From Spirochaetota bacterium (lineage in GTDB: Bacteria > Spirochaetota > UBA6919 > CBDBPB01), in assembly GCA_965208615.1 (NCBI GenBank), contig CBDBPB010000006.1, forward strand, positions 128,001 through 192,000: 64,000 bases of DNA, read 5' to 3'. The notes under the pieces are model-generated. The model was not told where the DNA came from, made no database searches, and saw only the letters and a program-made list of their open reading frames with translations. Positions within the stretch are counted from its first letter, which is position 1. Each line of letters starts with the position of its first letter. Of the stretch, positions 19,126 to 31,264 are shown one piece after another. The position numbers were made by a program, and so were the translations under genes.

Positions 19126-19954
19126 AAGAAATTTTGATTTATTAAACTTTGGTGTTGGAGTTTTAAAGTATAATGAAATTCCAAGTAGTATAAGAGAAGG
19201 GGAGTTACTCCTATCTACTACTTTAAATCTTGAACATGAAAAGCTGTCATTGCGATATAACTCTGAAACCAACTATAATTCCGTTAAGAAGTATATTAGT
19301 ATAATCGAAAGAAGAACTTCTAAAGAACCTGTTGCATACATATTAGAAGAAAAAGAGTTTTATTCTAATAGATTTTATGTTAATAGAAGTGTTCTTATTC
19401 CTAGACCTGAAAGCGAGTTAATCATTGATTATATTTTATCTGAAAGAAGCTCTTCTTCTGTAATAGATTTAGGTGTTGGCAGTGGGAATATACTTCTTTC
19501 CATTAGAAGTATTACATCTAAACGTTTGTATGGTGTTGATAATAGTATTGCAGCATTAAAAGTTGCCAAGAAGAATAGTTTACTTTTAAAGTGCGATACG
19601 ACTGTTATATTCTTAAGTGACTTTTTTAAAGTAAAATGTTCTGAAAAAGTGCAGTATCTTGTCAGTAATCCACCATATATAGAGCCAAAAGCTTATAATG
19701 CTTTAATGGAAGATGTTAGAAAGTTTGAACCAGCTAATGCACTCTTAGCAAAAGATGGGGGATTAGTTTATTATAAAATGATAGCAGCTAATTCTAAATC
19801 CTACTTATTACCTAGTGGCAAGATTGTTGTAGAAATTGGTATGGGAATGCTAAATGAAGTTGTTCACATATTCAAAAAGGAAAATCTCAAACTATTAAAA
19901 GTCATGGATGACTTAGCTGGAATACATAGAACATTAATTTTTGGGTTAGTATAA
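19118..19954 (+). CDS. prmC: Release factor glutamine methyltransferase
   Basis: [22 protein letters not shown]; follows prfA. Confidence 0.95.
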   Translation: MFKRNFDLLNFGVGVLKYNEIPSSIREGELLLSTTLNLEHEKLSLRYNSETNYNSVKKYISIIERRTSKEPVAYILEEKEFYSNRFYVNRSVLIPRPESELIIDYILSERSSSSVIDLGVGSGNILLSIRSITSKRLYGVDNSIAALKVAKKNSLLLKCDTTVIFLSDFFKVKCSEKVQYLVSNPPYIEPKAYNALMEDVRKFEPANALLAKDGGLVYYKMIAANSKSYLLPSGKIVVEIGMGMLNEVVHIFKKENLKLLKVMDDLAGIHRTLIFGLV

Positions 19955-21414
19955 TGATTAAACGTAGATTAGTTATTTTAATTACATTTTCTTTATTAAT
20001 ATTGGGTGTGGTATATGGAAAGCCCAATAATAATTACTCATTAGGTAGCGTGTATTATCTCGAAATAATACACGATTTTGGAGATGTCTCTACTGCCTAT
20101 AGTTCTTATATTAAAAAAAACCTTGATATTGTAGATAAAGATCCCACAGCAGTAGCGGTGATTATTGAGGTTAATACACCGGGTGGATTGGTTAGTGAGG
20201 CTGAAAAGATTATCCAATATATACAAAACACTAAAGCTAAAACAATTACTTTTGTTAATCCATCTGCATTTTCAGCTGGAGCATTTATATCCTTGTCGAG
20301 TGATATTACTATTATGTCAAAGGGGAGTAAGATTGGGGATGCCTTTCCTATCATGATTGGAGAGGGTGGTAAACCATCTTCAATTAAAGATAAGGGGGTT
20401 AGGGCTAAGATTTTATCTGGGCTTAAGTCTTCTATTAGGTCTTTGGCAAATAAAAGAAAGAAGAGGCTAATCCTTGAGATGAGTGAAGGTAAATATAAAC
20501 ACTTGAAAGAAGGAAATTCTATTAGAAATATAGAAAAGATTATGGAGGCTATGGTTGACCCTGATGTAGAGCTTACTCAAGAAGAAGACGGCTATAATCT
20601 AAAAAAAGGGGAACTTCTTACTTTGACTGGTGATGAGGCATATAACTTAGGTATAGCTGATGGAATATATAATAATAGAGGTGAGGTTTTAAGGGCTTTT
20701 AACCTTGATAAATACGATGTTATTGAGCTTAAACCAGAGACTAGTGATATTCTTATGTCAATTTTAGTTCACCCGGTAACAACGTCTATATTGCTTACCC
20801 TTGGTATGCTTGGTATGATAATGGAATTTTGGACTTCTGGGTGGGGTGTTGCTGGTACTATTGGTATTTTAGCCTTGTCTTTATTTTTTTATGGTCAAAT
20901 TGTTGGTAGGGATGCCTCATTAGCATCCTTAGTTTTATTTATAGTTGGATTAGGCTTATTGGCTGTAGAACTTTTTGTTATACCAGGATTCGGTATTGTT
21001 GGTGTAGCTGGGGCAGTTGGCATATTACTAAGCTTTGTTAGTGCTATGGGAGTAGATTTCTTTAATCTATCAGCCACAATAGATAGGCTGGCGGATGCTT
21101 CTATTGTTATAATTATCTCTATAGTAGCTGTAATAATAATTAGTGTTTTATTTTTCAAGTCTATACGTAAAACCAAAGGACTCTCAGGCATAATCCTTAC
21201 TGACAAAATTGAGGCTACATCTCATGCTAAGGAGCATGGTAATCTTGTTAATAGAGAGGGTGTGGCTTTAACTATTTTAAGACCTTCTGGCAGGGGGCAA
21301 TTTGACGATATAAGCTGTGATGTAATCACCAACGGGGAGTGTATTGAAAAAGGTGATAAAATAAAAGCTATTAAAAATGAAAAGGGTAATGTAGTTGTAA
21401 AAAAGATTATTTAA
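19954..21414 (+). CDS. nfeD: NfeD-family membrane serine protease (ClpP-like domain, TM helices, OB fold)
   Basis: NTPGG, AFSAGA, LLTLT, ELFVIPGFG, LRPSG. Confidence 0.88.
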   Translation: MIKRRLVILITFSLLILGVVYGKPNNNYSLGSVYYLEIIHDFGDVSTAYSSYIKKNLDIVDKDPTAVAVIIEVNTPGGLVSEAEKIIQYIQNTKAKTITFVNPSAFSAGAFISLSSDITIMSKGSKIGDAFPIMIGEGGKPSSIKDKGVRAKILSGLKSSIRSLANKRKKRLILEMSEGKYKHLKEGNSIRNIEKIMEAMVDPDVELTQEEDGYNLKKGELLTLTGDEAYNLGIADGIYNNRGEVLRAFNLDKYDVIELKPETSDILMSILVHPVTTSILLTLGMLGMIMEFWTSGWGVAGTIGILALSLFFYGQIVGRDASLASLVLFIVGLGLLAVELFVIPGFGIVGVAGAVGILLSFVSAMGVDFFNLSATIDRLADASIVIIISIVAVIIISVLFFKSIRKTKGLSGIILTDKIEATSHAKEHGNLVNREGVALTILRPSGRGQFDDISCDVITNGECIEKGDKIKAIKNEKGNVVVKKII

Positions 21415-21469
21415 TGCTTAAAGTTTATATAGGTAAAGATTTAGGTTTTAAATACATGGCTATTTAAAA

Positions 21470-22472
21470 ATGGTTATAAAGCAAAAAGATTTCAAAAAAA
21501 GAGTTCTTAGGCTTATTAGAAAAAAGAAGTTTAATGAAGCTTTAAGTCTTGTAGAGCAAAAACATAGTCGTGCAAAAAATAGTTCATTTTTTTACTCTAT
21601 TTATAGTATGATAAATATTTTTATGGGAAATCACTACGAAGCTAAACTTTTTTTAGAAAAAGCTCTTAGGATGAATCCCAATGACTTAGTGGCTTTGGAT
21701 ATATTTGCTTATACTCTACTATTAGAAAAGCAATTTAAAGATGCTGCCCAGGTTTATCTAAAAATTATTGAGGCTGACCCTAAGAATAGGAAAGTAAAGA
21801 AAATAGTAAATAACTTTAAAACAGATAGCAAGATAAAAAGATATACTAATAAGCTAACCCCTAGCAAATACTTTTTAGGTATAAACTATTACTTTTCAAC
21901 CTACCAACAGATAACCGCTATTTTAATAGTTGGAATCCTAATTGGAATATTGATTTATGATAATTTCTTTAAAAATCAAATTAACTTTTCAGGATCAATT
22001 CTAGTAAAAGTACGTGATAAGTATGAAGAAAAGCTTTTTCTAACTTTAAATGAAATTGTTAAAAAAAAAGATATTGCAAAAAACCCTAAACTTCCTATAA
22101 ATAATAGGCTCATAAACTTAAATGAGTTACTTATGACATCTAATAGTTTAGAAGAAAAAATAAAGATGGATCATTTACTACGAAGAAAAATTATTGGTAA
22201 TAGAAAAGGTTATACTATAAATAAAAAAACCCTCGATTGAAGAGGTTATTTCTAACCCAAGCAAGTATGATGGGATTAGTATAACCATAACTGGTAAATT
22301 AAATAAAGAACTTAAGAACTACAAAATAACAACACAACAAGGATACGCTTTAGATGTAAAGGATCGCAATAGAATTATAACTTCTCATGTAGGAATGGTT
22401 GAGGTCTTTGGAATTATATCTATTTTAGATAAAAAGTTGTCAATTATACCTTTAAAAGTAAAGGATGTTTAA
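21470..22472 (+). pseudogene. TPR membrane protein with one frameshift near 22.2 kb (likely sequencing error)
   Basis: ORF 21470-22240; another frame continues KPSIEEVISNP...KVKDV to a TAA overlapping the murC ATG. Confidence 0.6.
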
Positions 22473-23860
22473 TGGGTTTTAAGTTTAGTGCTTCTCAATA
22501 TAAATTTCACTTTATAGGAATCGGTGGTATTGGGATGTCTGGGTTAGCTAAAATACTTTTAAATACAGGGTATAAGGTTAGTGGTTCTGATAAGAATAAG
22601 TCATGGCTCACTGAGGAGCTTATAAAGCTTGGCGCTATAATTAACTATGGACATTCAAAAGATAATATAGAAGATGCAAATGTAATTATATATAGTGCTG
22701 CTATAAAAGAAGATAACGTGGAATTTAAAGAGGCTTTACTTAAAGGAATTCCTATTATAAATAGGGCAGAAATGCTTAGTGAGCTTGCAGATCCTTTTTA
22801 TAGTATTGCTGTTACTGGTACCCATGGAAAAACTACTACAGCTACTATTCTTAGTAAAATACTTTTTGATTCTTTTTTTGAACCTACAATAATATTAGGG
22901 GGTATTGCTCCATTTATTCAAAGTAATTCTTATAAAGGAAGTGGGAATTATAGTGTTTATGAAGCTTGTGAAGCTTATGGCTCTCTTAGGTATTACAAAC
23001 CATCTATTGCCATAGTTACAAATGTTGATATGGATCATTTTGACTACTTTAACTCTATTGATGAAGTGAAAATGGAATTTAATCATTTTATTAAAAGAAT
23101 TCCTTTTTATGGAAAGATTTTTTTAAATAGGGATGACCCTCTGTCTATGGATATAGCAAAGGACTGCTTTAAACCTATTAGTTTTTATGGTATAAACAGC
23201 AGCGATGCTGAATTAAGAGCAATAGATATAAACTTTAAGATCGACAGCACATCTTTTAAATTGTTGCATAATGATAGTATAGTAGGAACAATTACTTATC
23301 CTCTTTATGGACTACATAACGTGTATAACATACTATCTGCTATTTCAGCCGCTATATATTTAAATATTGATTTTCTATCTATAGCTAGGTCCCTTAAGGG
23401 TTTTGTTAATAGTAATGAGGCGTTTTCAGTTAATTGGGGAAAAAAGAAATATAAAAATTTATAGTGATTATGCTCATCATCCTACTGAGATAAAAATGAC
23501 AATTAGTTCTGTTAGGCAAATGAAACCCAATAGTAGAGTTGTTGTTATATTCCAGCCTCATTTATATTCAAGAACTAAAATCTTATTCTCAGAGTTTGCT
23601 GAAGCATTAATATTGAGTGATTTTATATGCTTACTTCCAATCTATCCCGCGCTAGAGAGAAAGCCATTAAAGGTATTACTTCTAATCTAATCATGGAGAG
23701 TATTAAGATTAAAAAACCTGACATAAAAGCTTTATCTTTTATGTCTAGAGAAGAATTGTTAAATAGCTTGCCTATAAAGCTCTGCCCGAATGATATAATT
23801 CTTACTCTAGGTGCGGGAGATATAGATCTTACTGCCTATGATCTTTTGGATAGACTTTAA
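22472..23860 (+). pseudogene. murC: UDP-N-acetylmuramate-L-alanine ligase, split by two frameshifts as assembled
   Basis: GIGGIGMSG, GTHGKTTT, DYAHHPTEI, FQPHLYSRT, LGAGDI in three frames; indels near 23411 and 23650. Confidence 0.92.
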
Positions 23861-23877
23861 CAAAGTTTATTTTATAA

Positions 23878-24702
23878 CTAGTTTTCGTATTGTTTAAAGT
23901 CGAGTATGATATTTGGATTAATAGTAATTGCTTTTTTAATGGCTTGACTGCTATTTAAAGTATAAAATTTATATTGTTGCTTTAAGCTTTCTATAAAAGA
24001 TATATCTTTTTCATTGTTTAACTTTTTAATAGTTTCTTTTGCTTTGCTTTTATAAAACAAGTACTTATAGTAATAGGCAATATCAGGTTTATAGTTGTTG
24101 CTTATAGCTTTATCAAAAAAAGATGGAATTTCTTTTTCATCCCTATCTTGCAAAACATGACTGGCAAACATTGTCTTACCTTTATATATAGTATAAAATA
24201 ACTTGCCTTTATAGTAGTAGCACTTGCCAAGCTGATATTTAAGATAAGGTTTAAACTCAATACCTAATTGATTTCTTTGTGTTTGAAGCTTAGATAAAAT
24301 ATTTGACAGTTTATCTATAATTTTTATAGCATCTTTAGACTCACCCCCTCATAAAATAAATATCTATCTCTAAAAATAATGCAGAATAATATAAGGATTT
24401 ACTTGAAAATTTATTTTCCCCTTCATATAAAGCTAAGTTAACTTTATAAAGCGCTTGAACATAGAGCTGTTTTTGGGATAAGATAGAGGCTATCCAAAAA
24501 TTACAGTCTGAATAATCTTTTTTTATTGCCAAAGCCTTTTCATAATTGCCTATAGCTAAGCCCAATTGACCTATTCGTCTGTAATTATCTCCTCTAGCTT
24601 TATAAACGAAGGCTGGATCTTGTAAATAGCTTTTTCCATAAGCTATAGTTAGAGTAAAAAAAAAATAAAAATATTAATACTAAAGCTTTAGTTTTTTTTC
24701 AT
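23878..24702 (-). pseudogene. Exported TPR protein with two homopolymer frameshifts
   Basis: Reconstructs MKKTKALVLIFLFF...LAIGNYEKAL...MRGESK...KQYEN if the A-run (~24695) and G-run (~24345) are corrected. Confidence 0.65.
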
Positions 24703-24735
24703 GTTAAACTACCATAAAGTCGATATTATTTTTTA

Positions 24736-24761
24736 TATCGGTACTTAGTAATAATTGTTTA
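24736..24761 (-). promoter_or_regulatory. Sigma28-type promoter
   Basis: TAAA-N16-CCGATA about 35 nt upstream of the TPR gene start. Confidence 0.6.
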
Positions 24762-24789
24762 ATCTAATCTAAAATAAAGTTATGGCATA

Positions 24790-24817
24790 AATAAATATAA
24801 GGTATATTATGTCTAAT
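24790..24817. other. Candidate dif site (XerCD chromosome-dimer resolution)
   Basis: AATAAATATAA-GGTATA-TTATGTCTAAT; XerD arm 9/11 to TTATGTTAAAT; intergenic, in the GC-skew and gene-orientation switch zone. Confidence 0.6.
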
Positions 24818-25076
24818 AAAAAATACTTTGTTAACTCTTTTTTTATTCTTGTTTTTTATTCTCATTAACCGATATATTTTAGGAAATTATAATTGTTATA
24901 ATAACAATGACGTAAAATAACCACTATAACCTACTAAAAAACCTATAGGAAAATATTTATGAGGATATTTGATTTTTTGTTTTCATCAATAAGGTCAAGG
25001 CTTGATAATATTGAAAGACGAATTAAAATATTAAAGCAGAATCCTATCTTTCTTCAACTTTCTTTAGAAGAGTAAA

Positions 25077-25925
25077 CTAAGAAAAAAACTTTATTGTTTT
25101 ATAAAGCATATCTTTTAGCTTTTTTCTATGAACAATAAAGTCAATAAATCCATGATTTAATAAAAACTCAGACCGCTGAAATTCTTTTGGTAGTTTTTGC
25201 TTAATAGTTTGCTCAATTACTCTTGTGACCCGCAAATCCAATCAATGCATTTGGCTCTGCAATTATAATATCTCCTATTGAGGAAAAACTAGCACTTACG
25301 CCTCCCATTGTTGGATCAGTTAGAAGTGATATGTATAACAACTTAGCCTGAGATAATTTTGATAAGGCAGCACAGGTTTTTGCCATCTGCATTAAAGAAA
25401 AAAACTCCTTCTTGCATTCTTGCACCACCAGAGCAGGATACAATTAATAAAGGAGTTTTATACCTAATACACTTATTTATTGCCCTAATAATTTTTTCGC
25501 CCATTACTGTTGCCATACTACCACCAAAAAATCTAAAATCCATAACGCAGACTTGAAGGTGTAATCCAAAAATCTTACCACTACCAGTAATCATAGCATC
25601 ATTTAAGCCAGTTTTATAATTTGTAGACAAAAGCTTTTCAGAATAGCTTTCATCCATATGTTTGAATTTAAGAGGATCCGAAGAAGAAATATTATCATTA
25701 TATTCTTGAAAGCTACCTGGATCTATCAATACCTGAGTTCTTTCTTTGGAATTTAGCCCTATAATGATAATCGCATTTAGGGCAAACCCTTAAATTATTT
25801 TCCCATTCGCGATTATATATTATCTCTTTGCACTCTAAACATTTTGTCCAGAGTCCCTCTTTACTTAATTCAAGTTGTTTTTCAGGCGTTTTTAATCCAT
25901 ATTTAGGTTTGAAAAACCAGTCCAT
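25077..25925 (-). pseudogene. accD: Acetyl-CoA carboxylase carboxyltransferase beta, split by three frameshifts as assembled
   Basis: LWTKC..C...CPKC zinc finger, [36 protein letters not shown]. Confidence 0.92.
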
Positions 25926-25944
25926 ATTTTTATATCCTAATAAA

Positions 25945-28900
25945 TTATTTTATTGCCAAAAGCTCATAAATCTTTACAGGCTTAACCTTGCCCTTAACCC
26001 TAACTATATCTAACTCTCTAACAATAGTATAATCTTTAACTAATTTATATGTATGTTCAGTAATAATTAGCTCAGTTCCATATACCTTATTAGCGCCCTC
26101 TACTCGTGAACCAAGATTAACTTGATCACCCATAATAGTATAATCCATTCTTTGAGTAGAACCCATATTTCCAACTATCATATCACCAGTATTTAAACCA
26201 ATTCCTATACGAATTTTAAAGTTGTCTGGCCATCCCTTATTAAGCTCTTCTAACCTCTCATTCATTTTTAAAGCAGTCTTACAAGCAAGAAGAGCATGGT
26301 CTTCTATATCCAAAGGAGCACCCCAAAAAGCCATTAAAGCATCACCAATATATTTATCTAATGTACCCTCTATACCGAATTACAATATCACTCATTTCTG
26401 ACAAATATATATTTAAGTGATCCACCAACTCATGAGGGTTTAAATTCTCAGAAAAGCTTGTAAATCCACGAATATCAGAAAACAATACAGTTAAAACTCG
26501 ACTTTCTCCTCCAAGTTCCAACTTTTTGTTAGACTCTAAAATACTATCTACAACTTCTGCACTAACATATTTTGAAAACATCCCCTTAATCTTTCTCTTA
26601 TCTTTTTCTTCTGTCATTAGCTTATACACCATAAGAGTGATAAAAGAAAATAGCATAGTAAGAATAGTACCAACTAATGGAATGTCTATCTTCAACTTAG
26701 GGAATATATATAAGAAATTAAAAAGTATATAAAAAAAAGTAATAGTAAAGAAAAATAAAAATCCTCTCAAAATAGTCAATCTAGGTAAAGCTGTACCAAA
26801 GAGTAATGCAAATAAAAACATAATAGTATATTCATATGAAAGCTCTATACCACCTATAGATAAAATATTTTTACTCAAAGGAGTTATAAAATCTCTTTTT
26901 ATAATTGTATTTAAGGCATTAGCGTGGATTTCAATTCCAAAAAGAGTACCCATAAGGTGTTTCAAAAGTAATCCCTAGACTCTCCCAAACCAGCAGTTGT
27001 ATAAAAAACCAATAAAAATAATCTTATTTTTAAACCTTTCCCAGCTAAATGAAGGTGTTTCTTTTTCATAACCTATACCATAAGGAGGAGGTATTTCATT
27101 ATTTTATATAAACGTTCTCTTGATAAACCCATATATTTTCCAAAATGGTCATTTTCAAAAGACCTATGATACCCTTGATAATTTATTATCATTTGGCCTA
27201 CTTCGTCAATGGGTATTCTTATATCATCATTAGATATTCTATATGTTTCTAAGTGTTCAATATCTCCACTAATAAGCCGATCTTCTTTTTTAATAAAGTT
27301 AATTTTATATGTTCCTTTTTCATCAGCAGTAATATTATCAATAGCCTGTTCTACAAAGAGTGGGTTAATCTTAGCTTCTCGGGCTATATTAATTAATGTG
27401 TTATTATAATATAAAGCCTTATCTTTTTTTGCTAGACTAATTAACCTTGAAACAACCTCTTGATAAATTTTAATCTCATCAATACCGTTTAATATTCCTT
27501 TTGGATTAAATATTTGAATTTCTTGATCAATAACCCTAATAACATTATTTTGTCTACCATGGTCAATCTTGGCATAGGCATTCTTTAATATAGATAGAAC
27601 TTTATCCTTGTTAATTTTTGTTTTTTCAACAAGATAAGATATTGCATCATTGGTCTTTATAGTATAAAATTTACTATTCTCCTGAAAAGATGTATATTTA
27701 TAGTCTAGTCCATCAATAAGCTTAGTAATTATCTTTCTATAAGCAAGATTTTTTGTTTTATGGGGATTATCTTTATATTCAATTAGCTTATTAAGATCTT
27801 GTATGTTAATATAACTAAATGTGGGATAGCTTATTAAGTTATTTTCTAATAATAAGTTTAATGTTTTCTTTATAGATTTCTTATTAATTTTTAGATCACT
27901 CATGCCAGAATAAAGCTCATCTAGTACTCTGGTAAATTGATTTTCATTTGGATCGCTAAAATTAAAAATATAGTCAATTATCTTGATCTGTTCTTTATCT
28001 TTTAAGGATTGTTTTAATACCATCATTTGTTTTAAATTAGTAAAAGTTATAAATTCTCCTTTTTTTTCATAGTATTGCACTAAGCCTTCTTTTTTAAGTT
28101 TTCCTAATACAATTTTAATATCATCATAGGTGGTAATAAATTTGATAATATCCTTAGTAGACTGCTCAGGTATAGATTTATAATACTCATCTATAGCCTT
28201 TCTATTAATAGATTTAATACCAGGGAATCCGCCATTATTAGCAAGTTTTATTAAATTATTATTTGAGAGTTCTATTATTACTCTAAAAAACTCTTCTTCG
28301 TTAATAGGATTATTAGTAATCAGCCCAGTCACTAAGGTATAATACTGATCTTTGGGAGCTTTAAAGTTTTTAAATGATATTTTCCCATCTTTTTTGTCAA
28401 TAAATGTAATTTTTACTTTTCTTTTTAAGTCATCTTTCTCTAGCATCTTTCTTTGGATGAAACTACTTAATACAAGATTTCTATCCCTTAGCTTGCTAAG
28501 GTAGTCATTTAATTTATCCAAGTCAATATTGTCTATCTTTTTGCTTTCTATTTGAAAAAAAGTTTAAGTATTTGCTAATAGAAGTTTGTGTTAAAGATAT
28601 TAAAAAAGTCATTAATCTCTCTTTTTAAGACATCATAAGACAGATCAATATTCAGATTATTTTTTTTGTATTTATTTTTTAGAATGGTTTTCAGTTCTTT
28701 ATCAGATAATAAGTTATCTAGTAGCTCCATATAATTAATTTTAAAATTATTAGTTTTATTTTTCTTTTTTACTATAGTTATAATATTTTTAATTATATGC
28801 TCCATAAACTCATCAACATATTTCATTCCACCTATAAACCTTTTAGACTATCATTAATAGATTTTTCTAACATATTTAATAGGTTTTCTTATCATAGCTC

Positions 28901-30437
28901 CTTTTAGAGTAATTGCCTTGCCTAACTCCTACTACTACATCCTTAGACTTAACATTAAAATATCCCATAGCCATAATAAGCCCAATAGTAGGCATAAATA
29001 TTGGTTTAGCCATAATTCGTTCATCATAAATTCTATATAATAAAGGCATTTTTCTTCTCTTGCCATCATTGTCACTCAATATGTTAGCTGGAGCCACTAC
29101 CAGCAATGTTCTTAGTAATTTCAGCTAGTGGAGCCTTAATATCATAGCCAATAGGCGGATAAGAGAACATTGGGTTATAAGTTAGGGGAACCGTAATTTT
29201 ATTTCCATTTTTATCATAAAACATTTTTTAACTCAAATTTTAGGTAAATATTTATATCTTTCTTTTACGTCTTTTTCCCTTAGTCTGCCTTCTTTCTGAG
29301 GGTTAAGGGGATAATCAACAAATATATATTTTTATAATCTTTATGAAGTTTTAACTCCTCAATAAACTTTTTATCAGACTCTCCTTTTTTATTTTTAGCC
29401 CACTCTCTAAGTATGTTTTCAATAGTTTTTTACTATTCTTTGATGTTTTTTAGTTTTTCTAAAAGAATACCAAAATCTTTATTGAAATAGCTATTTTTTA
29501 AAGGTAAATCTTACTATTTCTCTTTTTGAGTCAAAAGAAAAATATCAAAAAAAAACTATTTTAGGGACTAATAGAATTCCAAGCTAACTCCTTAACCCTC
29601 ATCCAAATTAATGTTGGTAATATTGGCTTATCCTTTTATACAGTAAGGACGAAAATAAGATAAAAAGTCTGCATAAGTCAGTCTCTCCTCGGACCCCATG
29701 GAAATTGACCGTAAAATATTGTTTAAATAATTAAATTGAGAACGCTCAGTAACACCTAAAATACTAATAGGACTATCAATCCAACTATTAAGATCATTAC
29801 CAGTAGTATGCTCCTTGTGATCCTTTATAGCAAACTTAGCCGCATCTGTTATTTGATATTCAAAGTTTTGAATAAATTGTAAGTCTAATATTCCAATGGT
29901 AAATAAAACAGTAGCTATAGTAATTGTCAAAGGAAAAATAGTGTTGCTAACAACTGGTGACACTGTATAACTAGTTCTAAACACATCAATTATAGTCCCA
30001 CCCCTTTTTTCAAACTCACTTTTTTGCTGAGCAAACTCAGAAATAGTTTCTTTTATACTCCTAGACTTTCTTTCTATCGACCTATAGTATAAATAGTTAG
30101 CAATTTTACCCCACAAAAAAGAAATAAAAATATAAAGTGTTAAAACTACAAAAGGTAAAAGAAGATTCTTAATACTATAACCAAACAATACTATATCAAT
30201 AACAGGTTTCTTTAAAACAAAATGACTTAAAACAATATAACTAGCACTATAAATTATAATTACCAAAAGTCCTATTAAATATAGCTTTCTGTATATCATC
30301 CAAAAAGGACCAAATATAAAGCTTGCCCAGTTCCAACTAAAAATTGTATTTTTAGTCTTCATATTTGTCCATTTTAATGTATAATAGTTATCCTTGCTTT
30401 TTACAAATAGTTTTAACTCTTCATGTGTAAGAGACAT
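25945..30437 (-). pseudogene. DUF2628-like / CHASE2 / TM / class III adenylate cyclase, one ~1490-aa gene broken by many frameshifts
   Basis: WNWASFIFGPFW N-terminus; CHASE2 motifs (IVFFDIF, DNDGKRRKMPL, GQMIINY, GIEIHANALNTI); cyclase FSDIRGFT, DKYIGDALMAFWGAP, GDQVNLGSR. Confidence 0.8.
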
Positions 30438-30472
30438 AAGTACTCCAGAAAAACTTTAGTTAGTATAAACAC

Positions 30473-31264
30473 CTACAATACAGAATTCATATTTTCTATT
30501 ACCCTAACAACATTATATACTAAATTACCCCCATTTATGTTTTCCATAATGCTTTTTGTTATTGCACTACCAACAATTGCACCATCAGCTAACTCCACTA
30601 CCTCCTTAATGTGTTTTGGCGTAGATATTCCAAAACCTATACAAATAGGAAGGTTAGTCTTCTCCCTAAGACTGTTAATCATTGGCCTTATACTATCATT
30701 AAACTTTATCCTCTCACCAGTTATGCCAATAATAGATACAAAATATAAAAATCCCCTACACTCTTTAATAATTTTAGTTATTCTACTTTCAGAGGTAGCA
30801 GGGGTTATCAAAAAAATAATATCTATACCATAGTCATAAGCCAACTTATTAAAAGCCACGTCGGAGTCTGGGAGCAAATCTGGTATAATAAGTCCCTTTA
30901 TACCAATATCCTTAATCTTCTTTAAAAACCTGTTTAGCCCATAAGCAAATATCTGGTTAAAATAAATCATATATACAAAAGGAATATCTATTTCTGATGT
31001 CAACTTTTTAGTAGCTTTAAATATCTTAGTTAAAGTAATTCCTTTTTCTAAAGCATATGCCGCTCCCTGTTGAATGATTGGGCCGTCAGCTACTGGGTCT
31101 GTAAAAGGAATACCAAGCTCTATTACATCTGCATATTTAGAAGACTCCCTTATTATAGAACAACTAATATCAATATCTGGATAGCCCAATATAAAATATG
31201 GTATAAAAGCACCCTTTTTATTCTCTTTAGCTTTTCTAATGGCCTGTTTTATAGTTAAACCCAT
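30473..31264 (-). CDS. trpA: Tryptophan synthase alpha chain
   Basis: [35 protein letters not shown]. Confidence 0.96.
   Translation of the reverse strand: MGLTIKQAIRKAKENKKGAFIPYFILGYPDIDISCSIIRESSKYADVIELGIPFTDPVADGPIIQQGAAYALEKGITLTKIFKATKKLTSEIDIPFVYMIYFNQIFAYGLNRFLKKIKDIGIKGLIIPDLLPDSDVAFNKLAYDYGIDIIFLITPATSESRITKIIKECRGFLYFVSIIGITGERIKFNDSIRPMINSLREKTNLPICIGFGISTPKHIKEVVELADGAIVGSAITKSIMENINGGNLVYNVVRVIENMNSVL

Noticed and set aside
22472-25925. Programmed frameshifting or true loss of murC/accD
   Set aside because: Several heterogeneous indels confined to one segment with intact motifs; sequencing error is more parsimonious
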